Of a stretch of 39,823 bases of DNA, positions 18,195 to 28,968 are shown piece by piece (the stretch's first letter is position 1; the number at the start of each line of letters is the position of its first letter). Position numbers and translations under genes: made by a program. The stretch lies in contig SKYL01000120.1 of NCBI GenBank assembly GCA_007127935.1, positions 1 through 39,823 on the forward strand, in the 5' to 3' direction. This DNA comes from Halorhodospira sp. (GTDB taxonomy: Bacteria > Pseudomonadota > Gammaproteobacteria > Nitrococcales > Halorhodospiraceae). The notes under the pieces are model-generated. The model searched no databases and had not been told where the DNA came from. It saw only the letters and a list, made by a program, of their open reading frames with translations.

Positions 18195-19286
18195 TCAAAC
18201 GTTGAAGCGGAAGTGGATCACGTCGCCCTCCTGGACCACGTACTCCTTCCCCTCCAGGCGCATGCGGCCCGCGTCCTTGGCCGCCTGTTCACCACCCAAT
18301 GCGACGAAGTCGTCGTAGCCGATCACCGCGGCCCGGATGAACCCGCGTTGGAAATCGGTATGGATCCGCCCCGCCGCCTCGGGCGCGGTGGCGCCTTGGC
18401 GGACCGTCCAGGCACGGACCTCCTTCGGCCCGGCGGTGAAGAAGGTCTGCAACCCCAGTAGCCGGTAGCCGGCACGGATTACACGGTTCAGGCCCGGCTC
18501 CTCCAGCCCGTACTCGGCCAGAAACTCGCTCTTTTCGGCATCGTCCAGGGCCGCCAGTTCCGCCTCGATGGCGGCGCAGACCGGCACCACCTCCGCGCCC
18601 TCGCCGGCCGCCAGCTCTTTCAGGGCGTCCAGCAGCGGGCTCCCCCGCAGACCGTCCTCATCGACGTTGGCGATGTAGACCATGGGCTTGGCGGTCAGGA
18701 GGTTCAACTCCCGAAGGCGTTCCCGATCGGCCTCGTCCAGCTCCAGGGTCCGCAGGGCGCGGCCCTCGTCCAGCGCTTCCCGGACGACGATCAACAGATC
18801 CCGCGTGCGCATCGCCTCCTTGTCACCGCCCTTGGCGGCGCGCTCATAGCGGGTCAGGGCGCGGGTCACCGTCTCCAGGTCGGCCAGGGCCAACTCGGTA
18901 TGGATGGTCTCCACGTCTTCCAGGGGGTCGACGCGGCCCGCCACGTGGTGGATGTCCTCGCTCTCGAAGCAGCGGACCACCTGGGCGATGGCCTCCGTCT
19001 CGCGGATATGGGAGAGGAACTGGTTGCCGAGCCCCTCGCCGCGGGAGGCGCCGGCCACCAGACCGGCGATATCGACGAACTCCATCGCCGTAGGTACCAC
19101 CCGCTCGGGACCGACGATCTCGGCGATGCGATCGAGGCGTGGGTCCGGCACCGGCACGATCCCCACATTGGGGTCGATGGTGCAGAACGGGTAATTCTCC
19201 GCCGGGATCTCATTGCGGGTCAGCGCATTGAAGAGGGTCGACTTACCGACATTGGGGAGGCCGACGATGCCGCACTTGAAGCCCAT
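18195..19286 (-). CDS. ychF: Redox-regulated ribosome-binding ATPase YchF
   Basis: The track ORF was trimmed to the ATG at 19286 ([23 protein letters not shown]...), giving 363 aa, the canonical YchF N-terminus and length. The C-terminal TGS-like end is ...[14 protein letters not shown]. Confidence 0.95.
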   Translation of the reverse strand: MGFKCGIVGLPNVGKSTLFNALTRNEIPAENYPFCTIDPNVGIVPVPDPRLDRIAEIVGPERVVPTAMEFVDIAGLVAGASRGEGLGNQFLSHIRETEAIAQVVRCFESEDIHHVAGRVDPLEDVETIHTELALADLETVTRALTRYERAAKGGDKEAMRTRDLLIVVREALDEGRALRTLELDEADRERLRELNLLTAKPMVYIANVDEDGLRGSPLLDALKELAAGEGAEVVPVCAAIEAELAALDDAEKSEFLAEYGLEEPGLNRVIRAGYRLLGLQTFFTAGPKEVRAWTVRQGATAPEAAGRIHTDFQRGFIRAAVIGYDDFVALGGEQAAKDAGRMRLEGKEYVVQEGDVIHFRFNV

Positions 19287-19303
19287 AGGAAGACCTTCGC
19301 TCT

Positions 19304-19888
19304 CTATCTCGTGTGCAAGCGCTGGCAGGCCCGGTCCCACTCGCCGGCCAGCAACAGCGGCAGCATGTCGGCGGCCTCCTCGATGGCCGCGTCGATTGCC
19401 TGCCGCTCCCCGGCGGGCGGGCGGGAAAGGACGTAGGGCACCACATCGTCCCGCTGCCCCGGGTGGCCGACGCCGAGCCGCATCCGGGCAAAATCGGCGC
19501 TGCCCAGTTGGGCGATGGTGTCGCGCAGCCCGTTGTGGCCGCCGTGGCCACCGCCGCGCTTGAGCTTGACCTGGCCCGGCGGCAGATCGATCTCGTCATG
19601 GACCACGAGGATCTCCCGCGGTTCGATTTCGAAGTACCGGGCCACCGCCGCCACCGCGCGACCGCTGTGGTTCATGTAGGTGGCCGGCTTGAGCAAACGG
19701 CAGTCGTGACCACCCAACGTGATCCGGGCCAACTCCCCGTGGAAACGGGGCTCCGCCCGGAACGCCCCGCCGTGGCGCCGGACGATCTCGTCGGCAAACC
19801 AAAACCCGGCGTTATGCCGGGTCTCGGTGTAACGGTCGCCGGGGTTGCCGAGGCAGGCCGCCAGCCGGAATACGCCTGGCTCCCCCAC
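19304..19888 (-). CDS. pth: Peptidyl-tRNA hydrolase
   Basis: 194 aa with a GTG start. The [19 protein letters not shown] motif is present, in conserved ychF-pth-rplY order. Confidence 0.93.
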   Translation of the reverse strand: MGEPGVFRLAACLGNPGDRYTETRHNAGFWFADEIVRRHGGAFRAEPRFHGELARITLGGHDCRLLKPATYMNHSGRAVAAVARYFEIEPREILVVHDEIDLPPGQVKLKRGGGHGGHNGLRDTIAQLGSADFARMRLGVGHPGQRDDVVPYVLSRPPAGERQAIDAAIEEAADMLPLLLAGEWDRACQRLHTR

Positions 19889-19892
19889 CGTG

Positions 19893-20525
19893 CTACTCGG
19901 CGGCTTCGCCGCCCTCGCCTTCCTCGGCCGCGCCGGCGCCGCGGGACTTGCGCGTCGCCTGGATCGAGATTACCGGCGCGTCGTGGTCGCTCCCCTGTTG
20001 CAGCGGGGCCACGGTAACCCCCTTCGGCAGCTCCAGCTCCGAAAGGTGGATGGCCTGTCCCACGTTCAACCCGGAGACATCCACCGTGATGTGCGGCGGG
20101 AGGTTCTTCGGCAGGCAGGTCAACTCCACGTCGAGCATGTCGTGGTGGAGCACGCCGCCCTTCTTGATCCCCGGAGCCTTGTCCTCGCCCACCACCTGAA
20201 CCGGCACGTGGACGGTGATGGCGACGTTGGCGCGCACCCGCTGCAGATCCACATGCTGCACCAACTGCTTGAAGGGGTGACGCTGGATGTCCTTAATGAT
20301 CGCCTGCTCGTTCTTGCTGCCGACCTTCACCGTCAGCACCGTGGAGAAGAACCCGTCCTCCTCCAACAGGCGGTAAAACTGATCGTTGTCGAACGCCACC
20401 GGCTGCGGCGCCTTCCCGGCACCGTAAATCACGCCCGGCACCTGCCGGGAATGCCGCAAGCGGCGCATGGCGCCCCGCCCGGTCTCGGTGCGCGGGTGCG
20501 CGTCGAGCCTCATTTCCACCGTCAT
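19893..20525 (-). CDS. rplY: 50S ribosomal protein L25 / general stress protein Ctc
   Basis: 210 aa. It shows L25/Ctc family similarity ([21 protein letters not shown]...) with an acidic C-terminal tail, and lies between prs and pth. Confidence 0.92.
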   Translation of the reverse strand: MTVEMRLDAHPRTETGRGAMRRLRHSRQVPGVIYGAGKAPQPVAFDNDQFYRLLEEDGFFSTVLTVKVGSKNEQAIIKDIQRHPFKQLVQHVDLQRVRANVAITVHVPVQVVGEDKAPGIKKGGVLHHDMLDVELTCLPKNLPPHITVDVSGLNVGQAIHLSELELPKGVTVAPLQQGSDHDAPVISIQATRKSRGAGAAEEGEGGEAAE

Positions 20526-20586
20526 GATCGTCTCTCCTCAAAGATAGAAACTTCCCCACCGCCCGGCTGTTCCGGGCCGCGGCAAT

Positions 20587-21525
20587 TCACTCCACGAACA
20601 GTTCGCTCACCGATTCGTCGTTACTGACCCGGCGCATGGTCTCCGCCAGGATCTCGGCAATGCTCAGTTGGCGGATGTTGGTGCACGCCGCCGCCTCTTC
20701 GCTCAACGGGATGGTGTCGCTGACGACGATCTCGTCCAGATGCGACTCCCGGATCCGCGCCACCGCGTTGCCGGAGAAGACCGGATGGGTGATGTACGCC
20801 ACCACCTTGAACGCCCCCTGCTCCTTCAACGCCTTGGCGGCCTCGCACAGGGTGCCGGCGGTATCTACCAGGTCGTCAACGATGATGCAGGTCTTGTCGG
20901 CGATATCGCCGATGATGTGCATCACCTTGGCCTCGTTCACCTTCGGCCGCCGCTTGTCGATGATGGCCAGCTCTGCGTCGTCCAGCCGCTTGGCCACCGC
21001 CCGGGCGCGCACCACGCCGCCGACGTCGGGGGAGACCACCACCTTCCTGGGATAGAGCTGGCGCCAGATGTCGCCCAGCAGGATCGGTGAGGCGTAGACG
21101 TTGTCCACCGGGATATTGAAGAAGCCCTGGATCTGGTCGGCGTGGAGATCCACGGTCAACACCCGGTCGACTCCCGCGGCGGCGATCATGTCGGCCACCA
21201 GCTTGGCCGAGATCGGGACGCGCTGGGAGCGCGGACGGCGATCCTGCCGGGCGTAGCCGAAGTACGGCACCACCGCGGTGATCCGGGCCGCCGAGGAGCG
21301 CCGCAACGCGTCGGCGATCACCAACAACTCCATCACGTTGTCGTTGGTGGGCGCGCAGGTGGACTGAACGATGAAGACGTCCTTGCCACGGACGTGTTCA
21401 TTGATCTCCACCATCACCTCACCGTCGCTGAACCGCCCGACCACGGCGCGGCCCAGGCGGGTCTTGAGGTGGGAGGCGATCGCTTCGGCGAGTTGCGGGT
21501 TGGAGTTCCCCGCAAAGACCATCAT
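20587..21525 (-). CDS. prs: Ribose-phosphate pyrophosphokinase
   Basis: [20 protein letters not shown]...GRFSDGEV...[41 protein letters not shown] aligns with E. coli Prs from residue 1. The start was set at the ATG at 21525. The ATG at 21522 and the GTG at 21543 are alternatives. Confidence 0.93.
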   Translation of the reverse strand: MMVFAGNSNPQLAEAIASHLKTRLGRAVVGRFSDGEVMVEINEHVRGKDVFIVQSTCAPTNDNVMELLVIADALRRSSAARITAVVPYFGYARQDRRPRSQRVPISAKLVADMIAAAGVDRVLTVDLHADQIQGFFNIPVDNVYASPILLGDIWRQLYPRKVVVSPDVGGVVRARAVAKRLDDAELAIIDKRRPKVNEAKVMHIIGDIADKTCIIVDDLVDTAGTLCEAAKALKEQGAFKVVAYITHPVFSGNAVARIRESHLDEIVVSDTIPLSEEAAACTNIRQLSIAEILAETMRRVSNDESVSELFVE

Positions 21526-21582
21526 CGGTCCGTTTATATACACGGCTTCACACCATTTCGACTACTGCGCACCGGCGGGGTA

Positions 21583-21657
21583 TGGCTGGGGCGGCAGGAT
21601 TCGAACCTGCGCATGCCAGGACCAAAACCTGGTGCCTTACCGCTTGGCTACGCCCCA
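21583..21657 (-). tRNA. tRNA-Gln (anticodon TTG)
   Basis: The reverse complement is TGGGGCGTAGCCAAGCGGTAAGGCACCAGGTTTTGGTCCTGGCATGCGCAGGTTCGAATCCTGCCGCCCCAGCCA. The cloverleaf has acceptor TGGGGCG/CGCCCCA, anticodon stem CCAGG/CCTGG with loop TTTTGGT, and T stem GCAGG/CCTGC. It closely resembles E. coli tRNA-Gln. Confidence 0.95.
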
Positions 21658-22526
21658 GTGGACGACCGTGCCCCCCCGTCCAACCACCGGGAGAGCCTCT
21701 CATAAAGTGGGGATCGCGCCACGCCGCGGGCCACGAACCCCGACCAAGCCTCCGGCAAACGCCGAAAAGCCGCCTGTGCTGCCTCTTCGGTGGCAAAAAC
21801 AGCGAAGCAGCAGCCACCCGTGCCGCTCATCCGTGCCGGACCAAATCTGGAGAGCCAGGACAACGCCTCGCTGACTGAAGGCCACCGCGAGCGCACCACG
21901 GGCTCACAGTCATTCCGCACCCGTCCGGCGCGGAAGGCGGCTATTGTGCTGGGGGGCGTATCCCGTGTCAATTCCGGGGCGGCGAAGACTTCCGCGGTGG
22001 AGATCCGCACCCCCGGATCGACCACCAAGTACCAAGCCGGCGGCAGCTCCACCGGCTGCAATCGTTCCCCAACGCCGCCGCCCCAAGCACTGCACCCGTG
22101 GACGAAGACCGGTACATCGGCCCCCAGCTCCAGCCCCAGCTCCGCCAACTCGTCCACGCTCAACCCGGCGCCCCAAACGGCGTTGAGCGCCACGAGCACC
22201 GTGGCGGCGTTGGAAGAGCCGCCGCCGAGGCCGCCGCCGGCGGGCAGCCGCTTGGTCACCCGCAGATCGGCGCCATGGGACGTACCGCACGCCGCTTGCA
22301 GCCGCCGCGCCGCGCGCACCGCCAGATCCGCGTCCTCCGACACACCGGGGAGATCGCGGAGACGGCGGATCACCCCGTCGGGGCGAGACCGTACCTCCAC
22401 CCCATCCCCGTAGTCGAGGAGTTGAAAGACCGTCTCCAGATCGTGGTAACCGTCGGGCCGACGACCACGGATATGTAAAAAGAGGTTGAGTTTTGCCGGC
22501 GACGGCCAAAGGACCCACTCGCTCAC
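21648..22526 (-). CDS. ispE: 4-diphosphocytidyl-2-C-methyl-D-erythritol kinase
   Basis: 292 aa. The N-terminus is WPSPAKLNLFLHI.GRR.DGYH.L...F, with the GHMP kinase motif PAGGGLGGGSSNAA. The ATG overlaps the lolB stop (ATGA). Confidence 0.93.
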   Translation of the reverse strand: MSEWVLWPSPAKLNLFLHIRGRRPDGYHDLETVFQLLDYGDGVEVRSRPDGVIRRLRDLPGVSEDADLAVRAARRLQAACGTSHGADLRVTKRLPAGGGLGGGSSNAATVLVALNAVWGAGLSVDELAELGLELGADVPVFVHGCSAWGGGVGERLQPVELPPAWYLVVDPGVRISTAEVFAAPELTRDTPPSTIAAFRAGRVRNDCEPVVRSRWPSVSEALSWLSRFGPARMSGTGGCCFAVFATEEAAQAAFRRLPEAWSGFVARGVARSPLYERLSRWLDGGARSSTGA

Positions 22527-23125
22527 CGCCGGATCTCCCAGCCGGAAAATGCCACACGCACCCGCTGGGCTCCTTTTTGAAGGTCGACCCGGCGGGGGAG
22601 GTGCACCCCCTCCACCTCATCCCAGGCGTAGTAACGCACCTCCCAGCCGTCCTGCAGCAACCGCTCCGGCCGCCCACGGGCATCCAAGGCCTCGGATTCC
22701 AACGACAGTTGCGGCGCGGGGAGCCCCACCATCCAGTAGCGCAGCGCACTCACCGGCAGGTGGCGCCCGGTGTGAGCCTCCAAGAGGGCCTCGGGCCTTG
22801 CGGCGACCACTGCCTCCCCACGGCCGTCCTCCAGAACGGCATGATCGCTGCCGCCGCTGATCCGAATGGCCCCGGCGCCGAAGGGACCGGAGAGGTCGAG
22901 CACGTAATGGTCAGGCCGTTCCTCGCGCCAACGCAGAGAGAGCGAGGCCGATTCCCCGTCGGACTGGATCGCCGCACGGCCGTTGACCGTCCACCCTTCC
23001 AAGGCGGCGACCCGCGTGCGCAGATCGTCCCGCGCCGCCTCACGCTCCGCCACCATCGGCGTCGCGCAGGCGGCCACGAGCATCGCGGCGGCCAATACCG
23101 CCGACAGGCGCAAACGACCGATCAT
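22523..23125 (-). CDS. lolB: Outer-membrane lipoprotein LolB
   Basis: The track ORF was trimmed to the ATG at 23125 (MIGRLRLSAVLAAAMLVAAC..., lipobox), giving 200 aa. The start overlaps the upstream TPR gene stop (ATGA). It occupies the conserved TPR-lolB-ispE position of gamma/betaproteobacteria. Confidence 0.85.
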   Translation of the reverse strand: MIGRLRLSAVLAAAMLVAACATPMVAEREAARDDLRTRVAALEGWTVNGRAAIQSDGESASLSLRWREERPDHYVLDLSGPFGAGAIRISGGSDHAVLEDGRGEAVVAARPEALLEAHTGRHLPVSALRYWMVGLPAPQLSLESEALDARGRPERLLQDGWEVRYYAWDEVEGVHLPRRVDLQKGAQRVRVAFSGWEIRR

Positions 23126-24900
23126 GGATCGAGGCGCTCCAAGGTCTCCAGCAAGACCGGATGGCCGGGGTGCCGCTCCCGCACCTCTTCCCAGACCCGG
23201 CGGGCCGCCTCGCGGTCGCCCAGCTCCCAGTACACCTCGCCGAGATGGGCGCCGATCTCGGCGTCGGGCTCTTTGGCGTAGGCACGCTCCAAGTACGGCA
23301 GCGCCTCGTCCACCCGCCCCTGACGGAAAAGGACCCATCCCATGCTATCGAGAATGGCCGGATGCTCCGGCTCCATCTCCAGCGCCCGCCGGATCAGACC
23401 GTAGGCCTCTTCCAACCGCATTCCGGCATCGGCGAGCGTATACCCCAACGCGTTGAGGGCGTGGACGTCGTCCGGGGACTCTTCCAGCAGGCGCTCCAGA
23501 TCGGCGACGGCCCGCCGAATCTCCCCCAGGCTGGCCAGAGTCAGCGCCCGCCCATAGAGCAGATCGTAGTCGCCGGGGGCCGACTCCAACCCCCGGGTGT
23601 AGGCCAGCACGGCCTCCTCGTAACGGCGCTCCTCCCGCAGAATAAAGCCTTCGATCACGGCCACCCGGGCGCGGAACCGGGGGTCGTCCCCAGGCAAACG
23701 GCTGAGGCGCCCCAGCGCCGCATCGGCCTCCCCCTGTTGCGTCTCCAGCAAAGCCATGCGCAGTTGGGCATCGCCGCGCAACCGCCCCCGGACGCTCCCG
23801 TACCACCCCAATGCCGCCGCGTGGTCACCGTCTTCCTCGGCCAGACGGCCGAGACGGAAACGGGCCTCGTTCTCGTAGTCCCGGATCTCCACCAGGCGTT
23901 CCAACCACTCCCGCGCCTGCTCCGGCTCCCCCAGATCCTCGGCCAGGACCGCCGCCGCATGGAGAACATCGGCGTCATCGGGCTCATCCACCAAGACCGC
24001 CCGGAACGCCGCCAAGGCGCGAGCATCTTCGCCGGCCTGCAGCAGCAGATGGGCCAGGGTCCTTTGCAACTGCCACCCGCCATGCCCGGCGGCCAGCATC
24101 CCCTCCACCCGGTCCGCGGCCTCACCGGGACGCCCCGCCTGGACCAGGGCGCGGACCGTGGCCACCTGGGCGTCACGGCGCCCGGGCGCCAGCGCCACCG
24201 CACGCTCCGCCGCCTCCAGCGCCTCTTCCGACTTTCCGTCGGCAAGGGCGGCCCGGGAGAGCACCAGGTACGCCTCGGGGACATCGGCATAGTCGGCGGC
24301 CAGCCGCCTGAACACTTCGACGGCCCGCGGCCCGGTGACTCCATGGTCCAACAGGAGCCCGATTTGGGAGAACGCGTCCTCCGCATCGCCGTGCCAACGA
24401 TCCAGAAACGCCGACAGATGGTGGTACGCCTCCTCCACATCGCCGCTCCGCAACGCGACGACACCGAGGAGTTGATGCACCTCGGGGTGCCCCGGGGCCA
24501 GATCCAACCAACGCTCCGCGGCACGGTACGCCTTGGCGTCATCCTCCACCAGGAAAGCCAGCCGGACCGCCCGCTCGGCAATGCGGGCGTCGTCACCGTA
24601 CTGCATCGCCTCCAGATAGTGCTCCAACGCAAGGTCGTGGTTACCGCGCTGGACAGCAATCTCGGCGGCTAGCACGTGGATGATCGCCTCGGAGCGAGGG
24701 TCGGGCTCCCACACCGACACCTCGGGGGCATGGGGCCCAGCCTCCCAAACCGGATCCACCGTGACCCCGGGAGTGGCGCAGCCCGCCGCCAATACCAACC
24801 AGATCCACCCGGTCAGACCGACGGACAGACGGTGGACTAGGCGGGCGAACTCAGGCGATGTTGTGCGGTTATGCGACATTCTTGAAGGGCTGCGATGCAA
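23122..24900 (-). CDS. Tetratricopeptide-repeat lipoprotein (conserved hemA-divergent TPR gene)
   Basis: 592 aa with a signal/lipobox WLVLAAGC and many TPR-like A/L/Y/E-rich 34-residue repeats. It sits between hemA (divergent) and lolB, as I recall for Pseudomonas. The start could instead be the ATG at 24879. Confidence 0.85.
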   Translation of the reverse strand: MHRSPSRMSHNRTTSPEFARLVHRLSVGLTGWIWLVLAAGCATPGVTVDPVWEAGPHAPEVSVWEPDPRSEAIIHVLAAEIAVQRGNHDLALEHYLEAMQYGDDARIAERAVRLAFLVEDDAKAYRAAERWLDLAPGHPEVHQLLGVVALRSGDVEEAYHHLSAFLDRWHGDAEDAFSQIGLLLDHGVTGPRAVEVFRRLAADYADVPEAYLVLSRAALADGKSEEALEAAERAVALAPGRRDAQVATVRALVQAGRPGEAADRVEGMLAAGHGGWQLQRTLAHLLLQAGEDARALAAFRAVLVDEPDDADVLHAAAVLAEDLGEPEQAREWLERLVEIRDYENEARFRLGRLAEEDGDHAAALGWYGSVRGRLRGDAQLRMALLETQQGEADAALGRLSRLPGDDPRFRARVAVIEGFILREERRYEEAVLAYTRGLESAPGDYDLLYGRALTLASLGEIRRAVADLERLLEESPDDVHALNALGYTLADAGMRLEEAYGLIRRALEMEPEHPAILDSMGWVLFRQGRVDEALPYLERAYAKEPDAEIGAHLGEVYWELGDREAARRVWEEVRERHPGHPVLLETLERLDP

Positions 24901-24986
24901 CGGCGCGCTTTACCAACACCGCCACAATTCGTAACAATGGGCCGGAACCCTGATAGTGCCCCAAGGAGGGCGCCCGGCGCCAGCCC

Positions 24987-26330
24987 ATGCCACTGCTTAC
25001 GCTAGGTCTCAATCACGAAAGTGCCCCCGTCTCGATGCGGGAGCGGGTCGCCTTCGCGGCGGAGGCGGTACCCCAGGCCGTCAGCGACCTGTGCGCCGAG
25101 ACCTGCGCCCAGGAGGCCGTGCTGCTCTCCACCTGTAACCGGACGGAACTCTACGCCCGGCTGCCCCACAGCGACGCCGAACGGTTGAGCGAGTGGCTGG
25201 CCCGGCACCGGAGCGTGGAACTCCACCAACTCCGGCCGCATCTCTACCTCTATGCCGGCGCCGACGCCGTCCGTCACCTGATGCGGGTGGCCGCCGGCTT
25301 GAACTCTATGGTGCTCGGCGAACCACAGATTCTCGGCCAGGTGAAGCAGGCCTACCAGTTCGCCTCGCAGGTCGGCGGCATGGGACCGGTGCTGGACCGC
25401 CTATTCCAACACGCCTTTTCGGTGGCCAAGCAGGTACGCACCGACACCGATATCGGCAGCAACCCCATCTCCGTCGCCTTCGCGGCGGTAACACTGGCGA
25501 AGCAGATCTTCGATGACTTCCCACGCCGCACCGCTTTGCTGGTGGGCGCGGGAGAGACCGTGGAGCTAGTGGCGCGCCACCTGGCCCAGCAGCGCATCGG
25601 GCGACTCCTGGTGGCCAACCGCAATCTGGAGCGGGCGCGCCGGCTAGCCGACTGCTACGACGGGGAAGGCATGGGCCTCACCGATCTCCCCCGGCGACTT
25701 CACGAGGCGGACATCGTGGTGGCGTCCACCGGCAGCCCGTTGCCAATCCTGGGCAAGGGCAGCGTGGAGCGGGCGGTGCGGGCACGCCGCCACCGTCCGA
25801 TCTTCATGCTCGATCTGGCGGTGCCGCGGGACATCGAACCGGAGGCGGGAGAGCTGGACGACGTCTACCTCTACTCGGTGGACGACCTGCAGCAGGTGGT
25901 CACCGAGAACATGCGCTCCCGGCGCGAGGCCGCCCACCAAGCCGAGGCCATTGTGGAACGGCAGGTGGAAGCTTTCCTTCAGTGGCGACGCGCCCGGGAC
26001 GCGGGCACCGCCATCCGGGCCTTCCGCGAACGCGCCGAGAGCTATGCCCGGGCCACCCGGGCTCAAGCACTGCGCCGAGTGCAACGGGGGGAGCCCGTGG
26101 AGGCGGTCATGGAGTGGCTGACCCACACCCTGACCCGGCGCCTGATCCACGCCCCCACGTTGGGACTGCGGGGCGCCGCGGCCAGCGGCGACGCCCAACG
26201 CATCCAACACGCCCTGGACACACTGGGCATCGAGAACCAGTTGATTGAGCGCTCCGGTGAAGACGACGATACAGAGCAAGCTCCAACGGATGGCCGAGCG
26301 CCACGAAGAGATTGGCGCACTACTGGCTGA
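24987..26330 (+). CDS. hemA: Glutamyl-tRNA reductase
   Basis: 447 aa. [23 protein letters not shown] parallels E. coli [23 protein letters not shown]. The catalytic Cys context is [10 protein letters not shown]. There is no upstream alternative start because an in-frame TAG lies at 24954. The 3' end overlaps prfA. Confidence 0.93.
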   Translation: MPLLTLGLNHESAPVSMRERVAFAAEAVPQAVSDLCAETCAQEAVLLSTCNRTELYARLPHSDAERLSEWLARHRSVELHQLRPHLYLYAGADAVRHLMRVAAGLNSMVLGEPQILGQVKQAYQFASQVGGMGPVLDRLFQHAFSVAKQVRTDTDIGSNPISVAFAAVTLAKQIFDDFPRRTALLVGAGETVELVARHLAQQRIGRLLVANRNLERARRLADCYDGEGMGLTDLPRRLHEADIVVASTGSPLPILGKGSVERAVRARRHRPIFMLDLAVPRDIEPEAGELDDVYLYSVDDLQQVVTENMRSRREAAHQAEAIVERQVEAFLQWRRARDAGTAIRAFRERAESYARATRAQALRRVQRGEPVEAVMEWLTHTLTRRLIHAPTLGLRGAAASGDAQRIQHALDTLGIENQLIERSGEDDDTEQAPTDGRAPRRDWRTTG

Positions 26331-27345
26331 TCCCGAGGTGGTCTCCAGCCCTTCGCGCTACACCGAACTCTCGCGGGAGTATGCCCGCCTGGAGCCGGTG
26401 GTGGCCGACTTGACCGCCTACCGGCAAGCCGAGGAGGCGCTGGCCAACGCCCGCGCCATGGCCAACGACCCGGACGACGGCATCCGCGCCCTGGCCGAAG
26501 AGGAGATCGTGGTGGCGCAGACCGCGCTGGAGGCCACCCTGGCCCGCCTCAAGACTCACCTGGTGCCGTCCGACCCCCACGACGAGCGCAACATTTTCCT
26601 GGAGGTTCGCGCCGGAACCGGCGGCGACGAGGCCGCCCTCTTCGCCGGAGACCTCTTCCGCATGTACGCCCGGTATGCGGAGCGACAGGGGTGGAAAGTG
26701 GAGCTGATTTCGGCCCGGGAGGGCGAGTACGGCGGCTTTCGGGAGGTCATCGCCCGTATCGTGGGGCGCGGGGCGTACTCCCGCCTCAAGTTCGAGTCCG
26801 GCGCCCACCGGGTACAGAGGGTTCCGGCCACGGAGTCCCAGGGGCGGATTCATACCTCAGCCTGCACCGTCGCCATCCTGCCGGAGTTCGATGCGGTGGA
26901 GACGGTGGAGATCGACCCCGGCGAGCTGCGGGTGGACACCTTCCGCTCCTCCGGCGCCGGCGGCCAGCATGTCAACACCACCGACTCCGCCATCCGCATC
27001 ACCCACCTGCCCACCGGGCTGGTGGTGGAGTGCCAGGATGAACGATCCCAGCACAAAAACCGCGCCAAGGCCATGGCCTACCTGCAGGCCCGCCTGACGG
27101 AACGGGAACGGGCCCGGCAAACGGCCGAACACTCGGAGAAGCGCCGGCTCGCCGTGGGCAGCGGGGACCGCTCGGAGCGCATCCGGACGTACAATTTCCC
27201 CCAGGGCCGGGTAACCGACCACCGGATCAACCTCACCCTCCACAAGCTGGAGCCGATCCTGAGCGGTGAGATGGACGAACTGGTGGACGCCCTGATCAGT
27301 GAGCACCAGGCAGAGGCGCTGGCCGCGGCGGCCGAGGAGGCGTGA
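26257..27345 (+). CDS. prfA: Peptide chain release factor 1
   Basis: The start was set at the GTG at 26257, so that (M)[18 protein letters not shown] aligns residue-for-residue with E. coli MKPSIVAKLEALHERHEEV (362 aa). PAT tripeptide context ([17 protein letters not shown]) and GGQ motif ([14 protein letters not shown]) are both present. The track start TTG at 26245 and the ATG at 26290 are alternatives. Confidence 0.95.
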   Translation: MKTTIQSKLQRMAERHEEIGALLADPEVVSSPSRYTELSREYARLEPVVADLTAYRQAEEALANARAMANDPDDGIRALAEEEIVVAQTALEATLARLKTHLVPSDPHDERNIFLEVRAGTGGDEAALFAGDLFRMYARYAERQGWKVELISAREGEYGGFREVIARIVGRGAYSRLKFESGAHRVQRVPATESQGRIHTSACTVAILPEFDAVETVEIDPGELRVDTFRSSGAGGQHVNTTDSAIRITHLPTGLVVECQDERSQHKNRAKAMAYLQARLTERERARQTAEHSEKRRLAVGSGDRSERIRTYNFPQGRVTDHRINLTLHKLEPILSGEMDELVDALISEHQAEALAAAAEEA

Positions 27346-27347
27346 CC

Positions 27348-28964
27348 ATGGACCGACCACGGGACACCCTGGCGGAACGAATCGAACAGCTGGTGGAGAT
27401 CGGCACCGCCCTCTCCGCCGAGCGCGACACCGCGGCCCTCCTGGAGCGGATCCTCAGCGGCGCCAAGGACCTCACCGGGGCCGACGCCGGGACCGTCTAC
27501 CGGGTCGGTGAAGATCAACACCTCCACTTCGAAACCGTACGCAACGACACCCTCGGCCTCCACCTGGGAGGCACCACCGGCAAGCCGGTCACCTTTCCGT
27601 CCCTCGCCCTCTACCTGGAGGACGGCGCACCCAACGAGAAGAACGTCGCCGCCCACGTGGCTCTCTCGGGCCAAGCGGTGCGCATCGCCGACGCTTACCA
27701 CGCCGAGGGCTTCGACTTCTCCGGGACGCGCAAGGTGGACCAGAGCACCGGCTACCGTTCCAAATCGTTCCTGACGGCACCGATGAAAAACCACGAGGAC
27801 ACCGTCATCGGCGTCCTGCAGTTGATCAATGCCGTGGATCCGGAGAGCGGTGAGGTGGTGCCCTTCACCGAGGCCGATGAGCGGCTAGTCCTCTCCCTCG
27901 CCTCCCAAGCCGCCACCGCCCTCACCAAGAAGGAATTGATCGACGCCCAGCGCCACCTCTTCGAAGCCTTCACCAAGGTCATTGCCAAGGGCATCGACCG
28001 TAAGAACCCGGCCACCGGCGGCCACTGCGAGCGGGTACCGAAGCTGACCATGATGATCGCCGACGCCGCCTGCGCTACCCGCGACGGGCCGCTGGCCGAT
28101 TACACCCTCACCGAGGACGAGTACTACGAATTGACGGTGGCGGCGTGGTTGCACGACTGCGGCAAGGTCACCACCCCCGAGGCGATCATCAACAAGTCCA
28201 CCAAACTGGAGACCCAGGTGGACCGGATCGAGGAGATCGCCACCCGGGCCGCCGCCGTCAAAGGGCAGGCCGAGGCCGCCATGCTGCGGCGCCTGGTGGA
28301 GGGCGATGGCCCGGAGGAAGCGGCCCGCGAGGCGTTCACCGCCTTCTGCCGCGACCTGGACAGCGATCTCGACTTCCTCCGTCAAGCCAACAAGGGCGGC
28401 GAGTTCATGCGCGATGAAGACCTGGAGCGCATCGATCGCATCGCCGCCCAGTACACATGGATCGATGCATCCGGCACCGTCCGGCCGCTGCTCACCGACG
28501 ACGAGGTCTACAACCTGAAGATCCGCCGGGGCACCCTCACCGAAGAGGAGTTCCAGATCATGCGGGACCACGTCTCCGTGACCCTGGAGATGCTGCAGGA
28601 GCTGCCGTATCCCAAGTACCTGCGCCGGGTGCCGGAGATCGCCGCCAACCATCACGAACGCATGGACGGCAAAGGGTACCCGCGGGGACTCACCGGCGAC
28701 CAGATGTCGGTGCAGGAGCGGATGGTGGCGGTGGCCGACATCTTCGAGGCCCTCACCGCCGCCGACCGCCCCTACAAAACCGGCAAACCACTGAGCGAAG
28801 CACTGAAGATCATGGGATTCATGACCAAGGAGGGCCATCTCGACCCACTCCTTTTCGACCTCTTCATCCGCGAGAAGGTCTACCTCCGGTACGCCGAGGG
28901 GTTCCTGAAGCCGGAGCAGATCGACGACATCGACGAAGCGTCACTCCCCGGCTACGGGCCTTGA
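27348..28964 (+). CDS. GAF domain / HD-GYP domain phosphohydrolase (probable c-di-GMP phosphodiesterase)
   Basis: The ATG at 27348 is 7 nt after a GAGGAGG Shine-Dalgarno and 3 nt after the prfA stop. The N-terminal GAF-like region is LLERILSGAKDLTGADAGTVYRV...IGVLQLINA. The HD-GYP signatures are HCERV, WLHDCGK and NHHERMDGKGYPRGL. Confidence 0.88.
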   Translation: MDRPRDTLAERIEQLVEIGTALSAERDTAALLERILSGAKDLTGADAGTVYRVGEDQHLHFETVRNDTLGLHLGGTTGKPVTFPSLALYLEDGAPNEKNVAAHVALSGQAVRIADAYHAEGFDFSGTRKVDQSTGYRSKSFLTAPMKNHEDTVIGVLQLINAVDPESGEVVPFTEADERLVLSLASQAATALTKKELIDAQRHLFEAFTKVIAKGIDRKNPATGGHCERVPKLTMMIADAACATRDGPLADYTLTEDEYYELTVAAWLHDCGKVTTPEAIINKSTKLETQVDRIEEIATRAAAVKGQAEAAMLRRLVEGDGPEEAAREAFTAFCRDLDSDLDFLRQANKGGEFMRDEDLERIDRIAAQYTWIDASGTVRPLLTDDEVYNLKIRRGTLTEEEFQIMRDHVSVTLEMLQELPYPKYLRRVPEIAANHHERMDGKGYPRGLTGDQMSVQERMVAVADIFEALTAADRPYKTGKPLSEALKIMGFMTKEGHLDPLLFDLFIREKVYLRYAEGFLKPEQIDDIDEASLPGYGP

Positions 28965-28968
28965 CGCC

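Noticed and set aside
18085-18318. 77-aa ORF MLRCARNDGRNCDDGRNCSDG...
   Set aside because: It is simply a translation of the repeat core and its 18-bp tandem units, and it then runs antisense into ychF. It is not a gene.
23161-24672. 503-aa plus-strand ORF opposite the TPR gene. Analogous long antisense ORFs occur at 31390..32694, 32675..33634, 21910..22749, 37555..38751, 9246..10250, 27885..28838 and 29125..30000
   Set aside because: All overlap confidently assigned genes on the other strand or in another frame and show no domain signatures. They are treated as high-GC artefacts.
26245-27345. Programmed frameshift in the release-factor gene
   Set aside because: That feature belongs to prfB (RF2). 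This gene is RF1 (PAT motif) and reads as one uninterrupted frame.
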